Shown: one piece after another, positions 18,688 through 27,681 of the stretch | How the letters are laid out: every line of letters starts with the position of its first letter | Numbering within the stretch: position 1 is the first letter of the stretch | Assembly: GCA_002497195.1 (NCBI GenBank) | Contig: DAMX01000033.1 | Coordinates: 5,634-50,646 of the forward strand | Direction: 5' to 3' | DNA: 45,013 bases | Source: Methanomassiliicoccaceae archaeon UBA354 | Lineage (GTDB): Archaea; Thermoplasmatota; Thermoplasmata; Methanomassiliicoccales; Methanomethylophilaceae | Notes under the pieces: model-generated | Database searches by the model: none | What the model saw: only the letters and a program-made list of their open reading frames with translations | Told to the model about the DNA's origin: nothing | Position numbers and translations under genes: made by a program

Positions 18688-19692
18688 TTAGAAAGGCACG
18701 AGCGACAGAAGATAGTCGCGTATTTCTTTCTCTTCTTCGCTCAGACCACCCTTTGATTGTTCCACGTAGGTTTCCCAGAGGAACATGAAATAGTCATGGA
18801 ACGCCGCAACGGCCTCGTTCCAGTTGGGCTTCGAAGCGGAAATTCCCACCAGGTCGTTGGTCAGGGTCCATTTGCGGGTATTTCTGTCGAAAGAAACGTC
18901 AGCGGCCATCGGATTTAGAAGTGCCAGGTCTGAATCGGGAGTTATGATGCGTTTGAAGACTATTCCCGGGAAATCGCCCACTCCGCAAACGTCCCTGACC
19001 TCTACGATGTTCTCTTCATCGTCAAGAACCGCCATTCCGGACACCAGACACGGTCCCGCACGGGAATACGAGTCTGCGGTCCTTTCGGGAAAATCCTTTC
19101 CGGTGGTTATCTTCGACGTACGGTCTCCGGAATCGAGATAGTATGCGTTGCGGCCCTTCATGTCGCTCTTCCTGCAGACGGCCCCGGCAAGAGCACAGGT
19201 GAAAGTCCTCGTTTCGGCGCCGGCGCTTTCGCCGAAGCGTTCCGGACGGGCGTTGAAGAGCTCCCTCATCCTTCTTCCGCGCCCATAGCTGAGCCTGCAG
19301 CCCTCCAGGTCGACGCAGAGCTTCATAAGGTCTTTGGCGACGGCCGCCCTGTATCGGGGGTCGGTGTAATTCTCCGAAAGCCAGCGGTTGATTATGTCGC
19401 TTCCCGCCACGTCGAGGGTCTCTTCGAGCTTCACCAGGGCGACGTTGAGCAGGGAGTTCTCGTCGGGCCTGCGCTCCCTGGGTTCGATGCCCAGATCGAA
19501 CTTGGACCCGAATCCCTCGGGAGCCTTGCCCTGCAATCCCATCTCTGCGGTCACGATGAACATCCCAATGTGAGAAAGCATGCTCTGGATATCCTTTATG
19601 ACGAGGTCCGCCTGTTCTGCGGTAACTTCGTTCCCTACATCGGGGACCACTTTGAAAGTCAGAGTATCCATACCGGCGAAAGCGCAATGCAT
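18688..19692 (-). CDS. Hypothetical protein (327-334 aa), no recognisable domain
   Basis: Long ORF with a TAA stop. Possible starts are ATG 19692 or ATG 19671 (MDTLTFKV...). It is transcribed divergently from rpl10e. I cannot assign a family motif. Confidence 0.6.
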   Translation of the reverse strand: MHCAFAGMDTLTFKVVPDVGNEVTAEQADLVIKDIQSMLSHIGMFIVTAEMGLQGKAPEGFGSKFDLGIEPRERRPDENSLLNVALVKLEETLDVAGSDIINRWLSENYTDPRYRAAVAKDLMKLCVDLEGCRLSYGRGRRMRELFNARPERFGESAGAETRTFTCALAGAVCRKSDMKGRNAYYLDSGDRTSKITTGKDFPERTADSYSRAGPCLVSGMAVLDDEENIVEVRDVCGVGDFPGIVFKRIITPDSDLALLNPMAADVSFDRNTRKWTLTNDLVGISASKPNWNEAVAAFHDYFMFLWETYVEQSKGGLSEEEKEIRDYLLSLVPF

Positions 19693-19880
19693 TCCTTGTT
19701 TTTAACATATTCCCGAATGTATCGGGGACATCGTCCGGAGGCAAATTATTTAGCATACCTGTCCATGGAGTCGTACCGGGAGTCACATTACCAGGTCTGC
19801 CTTTTTATTATAGAAAAAGACAGTAGCCCTTAAATACAAAATCAGGAATGTGTGCCCGTCGCAATCACTAGGTGGTGCAA

Positions 19881-20396
19881 ATGGTAAGAAAGCCCGCATC
19901 GATGTACAGAGAAATTAAAGGACAGGCGTATACTCGCCGCGAATACATGGGAGGAGTGCCCGCAAGCAGGCTCAGCCAGTTTGAGATGGGAGACCTCAAG
20001 GCAGACTTCCCGATCAAGATCACGCTCAGAGTGGAGAACAGGGTCCAGATAAGGCACACCGCGCTGGAGTCCGGACGTATAGCCGCCAACAGAGTGCTGG
20101 GCAAGCTCGGAGTCAGCAACTACCACTTCACGGTCAGGACGTACCCTCACATGGTACTCAGAGAGAACAAGATGGCTACGGGAGCAGGTGCAGACCGTGT
20201 TTCCAGCGGAATGCGCAACGGTTTCGGAAAGAACGTCGGAACGGCCGCCAGGCTCGAGCGCGGACAGGCCGTGTACACGATCCGTTGCACCCCTGCCGTA
20301 TTCAACTCCGCCAAAGACGCTCTTTGGAGAGCATCCATGAAAATGCCCTCTCCCTGCTACATTGATGTGGAAGAGGGTAAGGAATACGCCAAGTGA
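19881..20396 (+). CDS. rpl10e: 50S ribosomal protein L10e (uL16)
   Basis: MVRKPASMYREIKGQAYTRREYMGGVPASRLSQFEMGD. ATG 19881 is preceded by aggtggtg (SD-like). The stop TGA 20394-96 overlaps the dph2 ATG by 1 nt. Confidence 0.9.
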   Translation: MVRKPASMYREIKGQAYTRREYMGGVPASRLSQFEMGDLKADFPIKITLRVENRVQIRHTALESGRIAANRVLGKLGVSNYHFTVRTYPHMVLRENKMATGAGADRVSSGMRNGFGKNVGTAARLERGQAVYTIRCTPAVFNSAKDALWRASMKMPSPCYIDVEEGKEYAK

Positions 20397-21379
20397 TGTT
20401 CGACCTGGAGCTCGAACGGACCGCTCGGTGGATAAGGTCTAACGGCTATTCCAGAGTGGCTGTTCAGCTCCCGGAGGGACTCAAGCTCAGAGCATCGGAG
20501 ATCTCCGACGCCCTGGGCTCTGCAGGCGCCGAGGTGATAATCGTCGGGCGCCCTTGCTATGGCGCCTGCGACTATTATTCAGATTTCAGGAGGGTCGCGG
20601 ATGCGCTGGTCCATTACGGCCATTCCGCCATGCCGTCGCTGGGCAGCGACCCCGACGTCCTTTTCATCGAGGCCCGCGCCGATTGTTCCATCGCCGGGCC
20701 ACTCGGGGAATGTGTAGGAATGCTTCCCCGGAACGTAGGAGTGCTTGCGTCCGTCCAGTACATCGACCTGATCCCCGAGGCCGTGGGGATCATAGAATCG
20801 TCGGGAAGGAAAGCCTTCGTCTCCGCCGGGGATAAGCGCATAATGTATCCGGGCCAGGTCCTCGGCTGCGACTGCAGCGCCGCGGAAGCGGTCTCGGATT
20901 CCGTGGACGCATTCCTTTTTCTGGGAGAGGGTGATTTCCACCCGCTGGCGGCCGCTTTCGGCACGGAAAAGGAGCTTTTCGTTCTCAATCCCGTAACCGG
21001 CGATATGAGGAGCGTCGAGAGCATCAAGGACCGCATTCTAAGGAGGCGTTTCGGATCGATAGCCATCGCCTCCGAGGCAGAAAGATTCATGATAATCATA
21101 TGCAGCAAGGCGGGGCAGAATCGTTCTTAGGAAGCGGAGATGATCGCGGAGAAGATCAGAGGCGCGGGAAAAAAGGCGTACACAATACTTCTGGACGAGA
21201 TAAACCCCGATACACTGGCACATTACCGTGTCGATGCCTTTGTGAACACGGCATGCCCCCGTATCGCCATGGACGAGTCAGCGAGATTCAGCAAGCCGGT
21301 CCTGACGATCCCTGAGGCCGAGATAGCCCTGGGACTTCGCGACTGGGAAGATTATGAGTTCGATGCCATACGCCGCTGA
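20396..21379 (+). CDS. dph2: 2-(3-amino-3-carboxypropyl)histidine synthase Dph2 (diphthamide biosynthesis, radical-SAM-type [4Fe-4S] enzyme), interrupted by one in-frame TAG at 21128-21130
   Basis: The two track ORFs 20393..21130 and 21140..21379 are in the same frame and separated only by TAG. The joined product, about 327 aa, has the normal Dph2 length. The three cluster-Cys contexts are present: GRPCYGACDY, GQVLGCDCS and, downstream of the TAG, VNTACPRIAMDE (Cys codon 21254-56). The sequence across the TAG reads SKAGQNRS-TAG-EAEMIAEKIRGAGKKAYTILLDEI. Confidence 0.8.
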
Positions 21380-21436
21380 ACTTTTCGGCTCCGGTGGCTG
21401 ACTCACCTTAAAATAATCCCGAAGTAATGGTCACCC

Positions 21437-22180
21437 ATGGTAACGTCGGAAGAGTTCCTTTCCGGACCGTTGCCCGATGCCCGGGTCGGCATCGGCCGTG
21501 GGTCGGACATGGGGAATGTGGAGAGGAGCGCCGAAGCCTTCGAACGCGGATGCGTAACTATATACGGAAACCCCGCCGAACTCGTCGAAGACCTGATGTC
21601 CGGGAAGATAGATGCCGCCGTGCGCGGCGACATGTCGTCCTCCGTCCTGTTGCCGATGCTCAAGCAGGTGCTGGGCATAAAAGCGCTCGAAAGGGTGGTC
21701 CTAATGGGGCCTCCCGGCGGGAAGCTATTCCTGCTTTCCCCCGTGGGGATCGACGAGGGGTGGACCGTCCAGCAGAGGTTCGGACTGGCCGTGAGCTCCG
21801 TGGGGCTTGCGCGCAAGATAGGCCTCGGGACCAGGATCGCCGTCATGTCGGGAGGAAGGTGCGAGGACTACGGAAGATGCAGGGCTGTGAACAGCAGCAT
21901 CGACGATGCCCGTTCGCTTGTGAAGATGCTTACCGAAAAGGGTTACGACGCATATCATTCCCAGATACTGATAGAGAATGCGGTGAGGGACGCCGATATA
22001 GTTATCGCGCCCGAGGGCATATCCGGCAATCTGCTGTTCAGGGCGATGCACCTGGTCGGCAACACCATGGCGCTCGGGGCGCCGATAGTCAACATCGAAA
22101 AAGTGTTCGTGGACACGTCCAGGGCGAAAACGGACTATCGCGACTCGATAGCTCTGGCCCTTAGGCTTACGGAGAGATGA
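21437..22180 (+). CDS. mtxX: MtxX-like protein (methanogenesis marker 4 family candidate; phosphate acyltransferase-like fold)
   Basis: Motifs recalled from MtxX proteins: KIDAAVRGDMSSS, FLLSPVGIDEG, AVMSGGRCEDYGRC, PEGISGNLLFRAM and VFVDTSRAK. The stop overlaps the queD start (ATGA at 22177-80). Confidence 0.65.
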   Translation: MVTSEEFLSGPLPDARVGIGRGSDMGNVERSAEAFERGCVTIYGNPAELVEDLMSGKIDAAVRGDMSSSVLLPMLKQVLGIKALERVVLMGPPGGKLFLLSPVGIDEGWTVQQRFGLAVSSVGLARKIGLGTRIAVMSGGRCEDYGRCRAVNSSIDDARSLVKMLTEKGYDAYHSQILIENAVRDADIVIAPEGISGNLLFRAMHLVGNTMALGAPIVNIEKVFVDTSRAKTDYRDSIALALRLTER

Positions 22181-22659
22181 AAATGCAATTGGAGATCGAC
22201 GGAGAGTATTTGGGCTTAAGGTTCTCGGCCTGCCATTTTATTCCGAGGCATGACAAGTGCTCCAGGCTTCATGGCCACTCATATGTGGTCCGTCTGAAGC
22301 TGGAAGGGGAGATCGGAGAGAACGGGATGCTAATGGACTTCGTGGTCCTGAAGAAGGAGCTCCGCCAGATGATAGCGCTCTTGGACCACACGACGTTGCT
22401 TCCTTCGGATTCAGAGGACGTGCTTATCGAGCTGACCGATACCTCGGTAGAGGCCGTCGCATGCGGTAAGAGGTACGTGTTCCCCGCGGAGGACGTGGTG
22501 ATATTGGACATTCCCAATACCACGGGGGAGGAGATGTCCAAGCTTATGGTCCATAAGATGATCAACGATGTGGCCTTCCCGGAGAACGTGAGGTCCGTCT
22601 CAATAGGCCTGGACGAGGAGCGCGGACAGACTGCATGGTACACGGTGGAGCTCAGATGA
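22177..22659 (+). CDS. queD: 6-carboxy-5,6,7,8-tetrahydropterin synthase QueD (PTPS family)
   Basis: FSACHFIPRHDKCSRLHGHSYVV has the Cys and His-x-His zinc/catalytic motif. Length is 160 aa. It makes an ATGA overlap with queC. Confidence 0.85.
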   Translation: MKMQLEIDGEYLGLRFSACHFIPRHDKCSRLHGHSYVVRLKLEGEIGENGMLMDFVVLKKELRQMIALLDHTTLLPSDSEDVLIELTDTSVEAVACGKRYVFPAEDVVILDIPNTTGEEMSKLMVHKMINDVAFPENVRSVSIGLDEERGQTAWYTVELR

Positions 22660-23324
22660 CGAGGGCCGTCGTCCTTCTCTCCGGAGGACTAGATTCTACA
22701 ACGACGCTGGCACAGGCAATAAGCGACGGATGCGAGGTGTTCGCGGTCAGCTTCCGCTACGGTCAGAGGCACAGCAGGGAGCTGGTCTCTGCCACGGAGG
22801 TCTGCAGGCAATACGGCGTGATGCACACGATAATCGACATAAACCTCTCGTCTTTCAGATCTGCTCTTACAAAGGAGGACATCGATGTCCCCATGGACCG
22901 CGAAGGGAGCCTGGACAAGGAGATCCCCATAACTTACGTCCCTGCAAGGAACATAATTTTCCTCAGCATTGCCGCCGGACTCTGCGAGTCGGTGGATGCG
23001 GACAGGATCTACATCGGCGCTAACGTCGTCGATTATTCAGGTTACCCCGACTGCCGCCCGGAGTTCTTCAGATCCTTCGAGGGCATGTTGGAAAAGGGGA
23101 CGAAAGCAGGTGTCGAGGGAAGTCCTATCAAGATCATGGCGCCGATACTGCACATGTCGAAGGCGGACATCGTCCGTCTGGGCAAGGAGCTCGGCGCTCC
23201 TCTTCACCTCACATGGTCATGCTACGGGGGAGGAGAGAAGGCCTGCGGCCACTGCGATTCCTGCAGGCTGAGGCTCAAAGGCTTCGAAGAGGCCGGATTC
23301 AAGGACGAGATCGATTACGAGTGA
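22656..23324 (+). CDS. queC: 7-cyano-7-deazaguanine (preQ0) synthase QueC
   Basis: AVVLLSGGLDSTTTLAQA (PP-loop SGGxDS), TYVPARNIIFLSIAA, and the C-terminal zinc motif CYGGGEKACGHCDSCRLR. Confidence 0.9.
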   Translation: MTRAVVLLSGGLDSTTTLAQAISDGCEVFAVSFRYGQRHSRELVSATEVCRQYGVMHTIIDINLSSFRSALTKEDIDVPMDREGSLDKEIPITYVPARNIIFLSIAAGLCESVDADRIYIGANVVDYSGYPDCRPEFFRSFEGMLEKGTKAGVEGSPIKIMAPILHMSKADIVRLGKELGAPLHLTWSCYGGGEKACGHCDSCRLRLKGFEEAGFKDEIDYE

Positions 23325-23328
23325 TACA

Positions 23329-23952
23329 ATGAAGATATGCGAAACATTTGTATCGATCCAGGGCGAGGGCCTGATGATGGGTGCCCCCACGCTATTCATC
23401 CGCACCTCGGGATGCAACCTGGATTGCTCTTGGTGCGACACCAAATACGCCTTCGGCGACGGCAGAGAAACGGACGTCGCCCAGCTGGTGGAGATGGCCG
23501 CCGGGATATCGCATGTGTGCGTAACGGGAGGGGAGCCCATGTTGCAGGAAGAGCTGCCCGAGCTGCTGGAAGCCCTCATATCCGAAGGCAAGCACGTTGT
23601 ACTGGAGACCAACGGGTCGATGGACGTGAGCAGACTGCCGAAGGATAGGAATCTGATGATAAGCATGGACATCAAATGCCCCTCGTCCGGGATGTCGGAA
23701 AGAATGCTCGCCTCCAATATCGCCGTCCTCGGAGAAAAGGACCAGCTCAAATTTATCATCGGCGACGATTCCGACTTCGAATTCGCAACCGACGTCCTGA
23801 GGACGTACATGCCCGGGACCAACGTGATCTTCTCGCCGGTGGGCGGGATGGACCTAAGGCCTCTCGCCGAGGAAGTCCTCAGGAGAAAGCTCGAGGTCCG
23901 GGTCCTGCCGCAGCTTCACAAGATCATATGGGGGGACAGACGCTCAGTCTGA
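23329..23952 (+). CDS. queE: 7-carboxy-7-deazaguanine synthase QueE (radical SAM)
   Basis: MKICETFVSIQGEGLMMGAPTLFIRTSGCNLDCSWCDTKY carries the QueE-type CxxxCxxC variant. Length is 207 aa. Confidence 0.85.
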   Translation: MKICETFVSIQGEGLMMGAPTLFIRTSGCNLDCSWCDTKYAFGDGRETDVAQLVEMAAGISHVCVTGGEPMLQEELPELLEALISEGKHVVLETNGSMDVSRLPKDRNLMISMDIKCPSSGMSERMLASNIAVLGEKDQLKFIIGDDSDFEFATDVLRTYMPGTNVIFSPVGGMDLRPLAEEVLRRKLEVRVLPQLHKIIWGDRRSV

Positions 23953-24300
23953 TCCCTTCAGGGATTCGAACTTCTTCCTGCGCTCGTAACGTCTCCTGAA
24001 GTCGGTTACGCTCTCCTCCACCGTTCCTTCCTCGTCGGTGGACACGGTTATGCCGGCGGCAGTGAGCTTGTCGTAGCCGTGGTGGCCTATGCCGCCCACG
24101 ATCACGGCGTCCACCCCGATGCCGACTATGGCATCGGCCACAAGCATCCCGGCCCCTGAGGCCGCATCCTTGTGCTCGTTCTCAACTACGGTGAAGTCCA
24201 TCGTCTCCATGTCCACGATGAGGAAGAAGGGCGCACGGCCGAAGTCATCGGCCACATACGAATCCAGCGTATCTCCCTCTGCAAGCACTCCTATCTTCAT
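23944..24300 (-). CDS. NifX/NifB-C-terminal-like (dinitrogenase FeMo-cofactor-binding fold) protein
   Basis: 118 aa. DDFGRAPFFLIVDMET...VENEH....GAGMLVADAIVGIGVDAVIVGGIGHHGYDKLTAAGI matches this family pattern. It makes an ATGA overlap with the upstream mrp gene. Confidence 0.7.
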   Translation of the reverse strand: MKIGVLAEGDTLDSYVADDFGRAPFFLIVDMETMDFTVVENEHKDAASGAGMLVADAIVGIGVDAVIVGGIGHHGYDKLTAAGITVSTDEEGTVEESVTDFRRRYERRKKFESLKGSD

Positions 24301-25124
24301 TTCGCCTCGACCGTCGCTATTATTTTTTTGATGATCGATCCGAAAGCCTGGGCGGACGCGGAATCGGGCTCGCTCAGGACAGCGGGCATGCCATCGTCCC
24401 CTGACAAGACCACGGAAGGCTCGATCGGGACCTTTCCCAGAAACTGGACGCCGAACTCTTTTGCGACGGTCTCTCCTCCGCCGCTCTTGAAGATGTCCGT
24501 CTCCTCGCCGCAGTGGGGGCAGATGAAACCGCTCATGTTCTCCACAAGCCCGATCACAGGTATCTTAGCTTCGGCAGAGAATGTTATCGTCTTGCGGCTG
24601 TCCATCAGAGAAACGTCCTGAGGCGTGGTGACGATCACGGCGCCGTCCGGCTTGGGGATGAGCTGCATTATGGAAAGCGCCTCGTCGCCGGTACCCGGAG
24701 GCATATCGATGACCAGGTAGTCCAGGTCCCCCCATTCGACGTCTTCGATGAACTGCCTTATGGCCGTCATCTTCACGGGCCCCCTCCACAGTACCGGCGT
24801 GTCCTTGGTCGGAAGCAGGAACGCCATCGACATCACTTTGAGGGAGGGGGGGACGATGACCGGTACAAGCTTGTTGTTCTGAACATCCAGCTTCTCGTCC
24901 TCTATGCCGAACATCTTAGGTATATTGGGGCCGGTGATGTCCACATCCATGATCCCAGTCTCGTATCCCATGTTGGACAGGGCGCAGGCGAGGTTTGAGG
25001 AAACGGTGCTCTTTCCGACGCCTCCCTTTCCGCTAAGGACTATTATGACATGTTTGATCTTTCCGAGGCTCTCTTTGAGTCTGGTATCTTCTTCTATTTT
25101 ATCAGCGCTGATTACTCCTGCCAT
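24297..25124 (-). CDS. apbC: Mrp/NBP35/ApbC-family Fe-S cluster carrier ATPase
   Basis: Deviant Walker A VLSGKGGVGKSTVSSNLA, DMPPGTGD, and the CPHCGEE CxxC motif. Confidence 0.9.
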   Translation of the reverse strand: MAGVISADKIEEDTRLKESLGKIKHVIIVLSGKGGVGKSTVSSNLACALSNMGYETGIMDVDITGPNIPKMFGIEDEKLDVQNNKLVPVIVPPSLKVMSMAFLLPTKDTPVLWRGPVKMTAIRQFIEDVEWGDLDYLVIDMPPGTGDEALSIMQLIPKPDGAVIVTTPQDVSLMDSRKTITFSAEAKIPVIGLVENMSGFICPHCGEETDIFKSGGGETVAKEFGVQFLGKVPIEPSVVLSGDDGMPAVLSEPDSASAQAFGSIIKKIIATVEAK

Positions 25125-25200
25125 TTCTATCGCCCCGTCAGTGTCTCAGTGTTTTAAGAACTATTGCCAAGCTCGAAGCCGGCGCAACGGATTTATCCAT

Positions 25201-25623
25201 ATGAGGGCATGGAGGGCTATGCCTTTAGGTGATCCGCACGGAGGAGACTTCGAATATACAGATGAGGGGCTTCCCAAGAACATAACGGCCGTCAGGATCC
25301 CGACCCGCGACCTCGACGACAGCATCGGCTTCTACTCCGACCTGCTGGGCATGGAGGTCTTGACCAGGAAGGACACCCATGCCGTTCTCAGGCGCGAGGA
25401 TGCGGTGATACTTCTGATCGTATCGTCCTCCACCGGGATCGACACGGGCTTCTATATCGGGGTGGACGACCCATATGCCCTCCACAGACGCCTGATCGAC
25501 GAGGGCGTGGTGTTCATGATGGACCCGGAGATGGGCCCTATCGGAGTGTACACCTCGTTCCGCGACACGGACGGAAACGTGATCAGAGCCGTCGACAAGC
25601 ACGCCGTGGGCTCGTTCTTCTGA
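25201..25623 (+). CDS. VOC-family (glyoxalase/bleomycin-resistance fold) protein
   Basis: ITAVRIPTRDLDDSIGFYSDLLGMEV ... FYIGVDDPYALHRRLIDEGVVFMMDPEMGPIGVYTSFRDTDGNVI. The start is set at ATG 25201 (alternative 25219). The upstream part of the 24904 ORF lies antisense to mrp. Confidence 0.7.
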   Translation: MRAWRAMPLGDPHGGDFEYTDEGLPKNITAVRIPTRDLDDSIGFYSDLLGMEVLTRKDTHAVLRREDAVILLIVSSSTGIDTGFYIGVDDPYALHRRLIDEGVVFMMDPEMGPIGVYTSFRDTDGNVIRAVDKHAVGSFF

Positions 25624-26841
25624 TCAGTTCCCGAGGTCGGCCATGCTCGTGGCCTCTTTGATCTTGGCTTCAAGCTGAGGCGGGAGCCCGGATATCCCTC
25701 CGGAGAGGAAACCTCTGACGATCATGCTCACCGCTTCGTCCTCGGAAAGGCCTCTGGACATCAGATACTCTATTTGGTCTCTGGCGATCTTTCCCACGGC
25801 GGCCTCGTGCGTCATCTCCAGGTCTGAGATGTTAGCTTCCAGTTCGGGTATCGCGAGGGTCGTGCCGCCGTCCTTGAGGATGATGCTCTTGCATTCCAGG
25901 TGGGCTTTTACTCCGGGCGCGTTACCAACGAGCCTTCCGCGGGCGACCATCCTGCCGCCGACGGTGATGCTCCTGCTGATTATCTCGGCCGATGTATCCT
26001 TGCTGTTAAGAGATACGATGGAGCCGCTGTCGATGTCGGACCCCTCGTGCGCGATACACATGGAGTTGAACTTGGCGGTGGCGCCGGGCCCGTTGAGGTT
26101 CGCCACGGGGTTGCTCTGTAGCGTACCCACTTTGTCGAGTATCACGTAATTGTTGGTGAAATGTGAATTCTTGCCGACGGTGATGCCGGTCCTGGGCCTA
26201 ACCGACGTCTTGTCTCCCCAGTTATGGATCATCGAATACGAAAGAGCGGCGTTCTCTCCGATGAACATCTCTGAAACGCCTACATGAACGGACTCGTTGG
26301 CGTGGGGGCTGGTCGCGCACCCGGTTATCACGTCCGCCGACGCATCGTCTTCGACGATGATCATGTTGTGTACGTTCTGGATCACCTTGTCGGCGTTCAG
26401 GAGCATGCAGGACTGTATCGGCGTCTTGATGTGGTATCCGGACTTGACCCTTATGAAGTACCCGTCCGACTGCTCAAGATATGTGTGGGCCGTGAACTTG
26501 TCCTTGTCGGGCGCCACCGCGGTCCAAATGCGCTCTCTGACCCAGTCGTATTTCTTCAGGGCCTGCTGCGTGGTGATTATCTCCACTCCCTCCGGATTGC
26601 AGGAGGAGCAGTGGCTCAGGGAATTGTCGATGAACATTATGGTCCCGGAACGGGCGTCCTCGTCAGTGGTAACGCCGACGCTCTGCATAGTGCCTTTAAA
26701 CTCGTTCCCGGAACTTTCGAGGTCCTCGATCACGGGGCCGTCGCGGGCGCCTACCGCATATTTCGTGAGGTCCACATCTTCGCCGTAGGCGGCCTTCTTT
26801 CCGAGGGCCTTCTTTACTCTATCGTCACTATCTGCTGACAT
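25624..26841 (-). CDS. sufB: Fe-S cluster assembly scaffold protein SufB/SufD family
   Basis: GYHIKTPIQSCMLLN, beta-helix repeats such as DVITGCATSPHANESVHVG, and the C-terminal MTHEAAVGKIARDQIEYLMSRGLSEDEAVSMIVRGF. The start is set at ATG 26841 (alternative 26850). Confidence 0.85.
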   Translation of the reverse strand: MSADSDDRVKKALGKKAAYGEDVDLTKYAVGARDGPVIEDLESSGNEFKGTMQSVGVTTDEDARSGTIMFIDNSLSHCSSCNPEGVEIITTQQALKKYDWVRERIWTAVAPDKDKFTAHTYLEQSDGYFIRVKSGYHIKTPIQSCMLLNADKVIQNVHNMIIVEDDASADVITGCATSPHANESVHVGVSEMFIGENAALSYSMIHNWGDKTSVRPRTGITVGKNSHFTNNYVILDKVGTLQSNPVANLNGPGATAKFNSMCIAHEGSDIDSGSIVSLNSKDTSAEIISRSITVGGRMVARGRLVGNAPGVKAHLECKSIILKDGGTTLAIPELEANISDLEMTHEAAVGKIARDQIEYLMSRGLSEDEAVSMIVRGFLSGGISGLPPQLEAKIKEATSMADLGN

Positions 26842-27569
26842 GAATCGCATTCTCCGTATCCGTTCTTCCTGATGGTGTTGAGCAGGTCGGTGGGCCTCCC
26901 AGTGCATTTGATCTTCCCCTCGCCCATGACATAGGCCTTGTCCGCACCGATGTAATCCAAGATCTGGCCGGTGTGCGTGATGACAAGCGCGGAGACGTGT
27001 TTGGGCCCCCCGCTGCGGCATTTGGTCTGGTCGTAAAGAAGGTCGTGGACTTTGTTGCCGATAAGGTCGATGCTCTGAAGGTCTACGCCCGACTCGGGTT
27101 CGTCAAGCATCAGGAAGTCGGGCCTCTGTGCGGTCAGCTGGAGAAGTTCGGACCTTTTGATCTCTCCTCCGGAAAAACCAACGTTTATGTCCCTGTCCAG
27201 GAAACCGCTCATTCTGAAATCGCTCGCCTCGGACAGAACTTCCTCGGCGCATTCCTCGTCGGCGGTCGTCCTAATAAGGTCACCGAGTTTCACGCCGGTG
27301 ACGTTTGGCGGCCTCTGCATCATCATGCCTATGCCCATCTTTGCACGTTCATCGACGGGAAGATGCGTGATATCGACGCCTTTGAAGATTATCTGCCCCT
27401 CAGTGATGGTACTGGTGCTGTATCCCATGATGGCTGACAGCAGGGTCGATTTACCCGATCCGTTGGGTCCGAAAAGGATACAGGTCTCCCCCTCCTTTAC
27501 GGAAAGGTCCACTCCTCTGAGTATCTCCCTCTCCCCGGCCACGGCGTGAAGGTTCTTTATTTCGAGCAT
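26814..27569 (-). CDS. sufC: Fe-S cluster assembly ATPase SufC
   Basis: MLEIKNLHAVAGEREILRGVDLSVKEGETCILFGPNGSGKSTL (Walker A), FSGGEIKRSELLQL (ABC signature) and FLMLDEPESGVD (Walker B). The start is set at ATG 27569. Confidence 0.92.
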   Translation of the reverse strand: MLEIKNLHAVAGEREILRGVDLSVKEGETCILFGPNGSGKSTLLSAIMGYSTSTITEGQIIFKGVDITHLPVDERAKMGIGMMMQRPPNVTGVKLGDLIRTTADEECAEEVLSEASDFRMSGFLDRDINVGFSGGEIKRSELLQLTAQRPDFLMLDEPESGVDLQSIDLIGNKVHDLLYDQTKCRSGGPKHVSALVITHTGQILDYIGADKAYVMGEGKIKCTGRPTDLLNTIRKNGYGECDSCQQIVTIE

Positions 27570-27681
27570 ATTCGCACCTTGAGCACGAAGGTCATCGATT
27601 GCTAAATACTTGTCTGTATTACGTTTTTGGACGCAGGGGTCAGGCAAAGAGATTATACTGGCGCGGGATACTTCCGATATT

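Noticed and set aside
21427-22164. 245-aa alternative-frame ORF overlapping the MtxX-like gene on the same strand
   Set aside because: It is extremely Arg-rich (runs such as RRTRRRPDVREDRCRRARR), which is typical of an off-frame read of GC-rich coding DNA. The 21437 frame carries the conserved family motifs.
24904-25200. 5' extensions of track ORFs: the VOC ORF from 24904, the metallophosphoesterase ORF from 38157, the SufB/D ORF to 27021, the SufC ORF to 27791, the flavoprotein ORF from 27610, the argF ORF from 35279, and the GGR ORF from 11370
   Set aside because: In each case the extension overlaps a neighbouring well-supported gene or lacks similarity to the family N-terminus. An internal ATG reproduces the canonical N-terminus, often with an ATGA junction or SD. 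I trimmed the starts accordingly.
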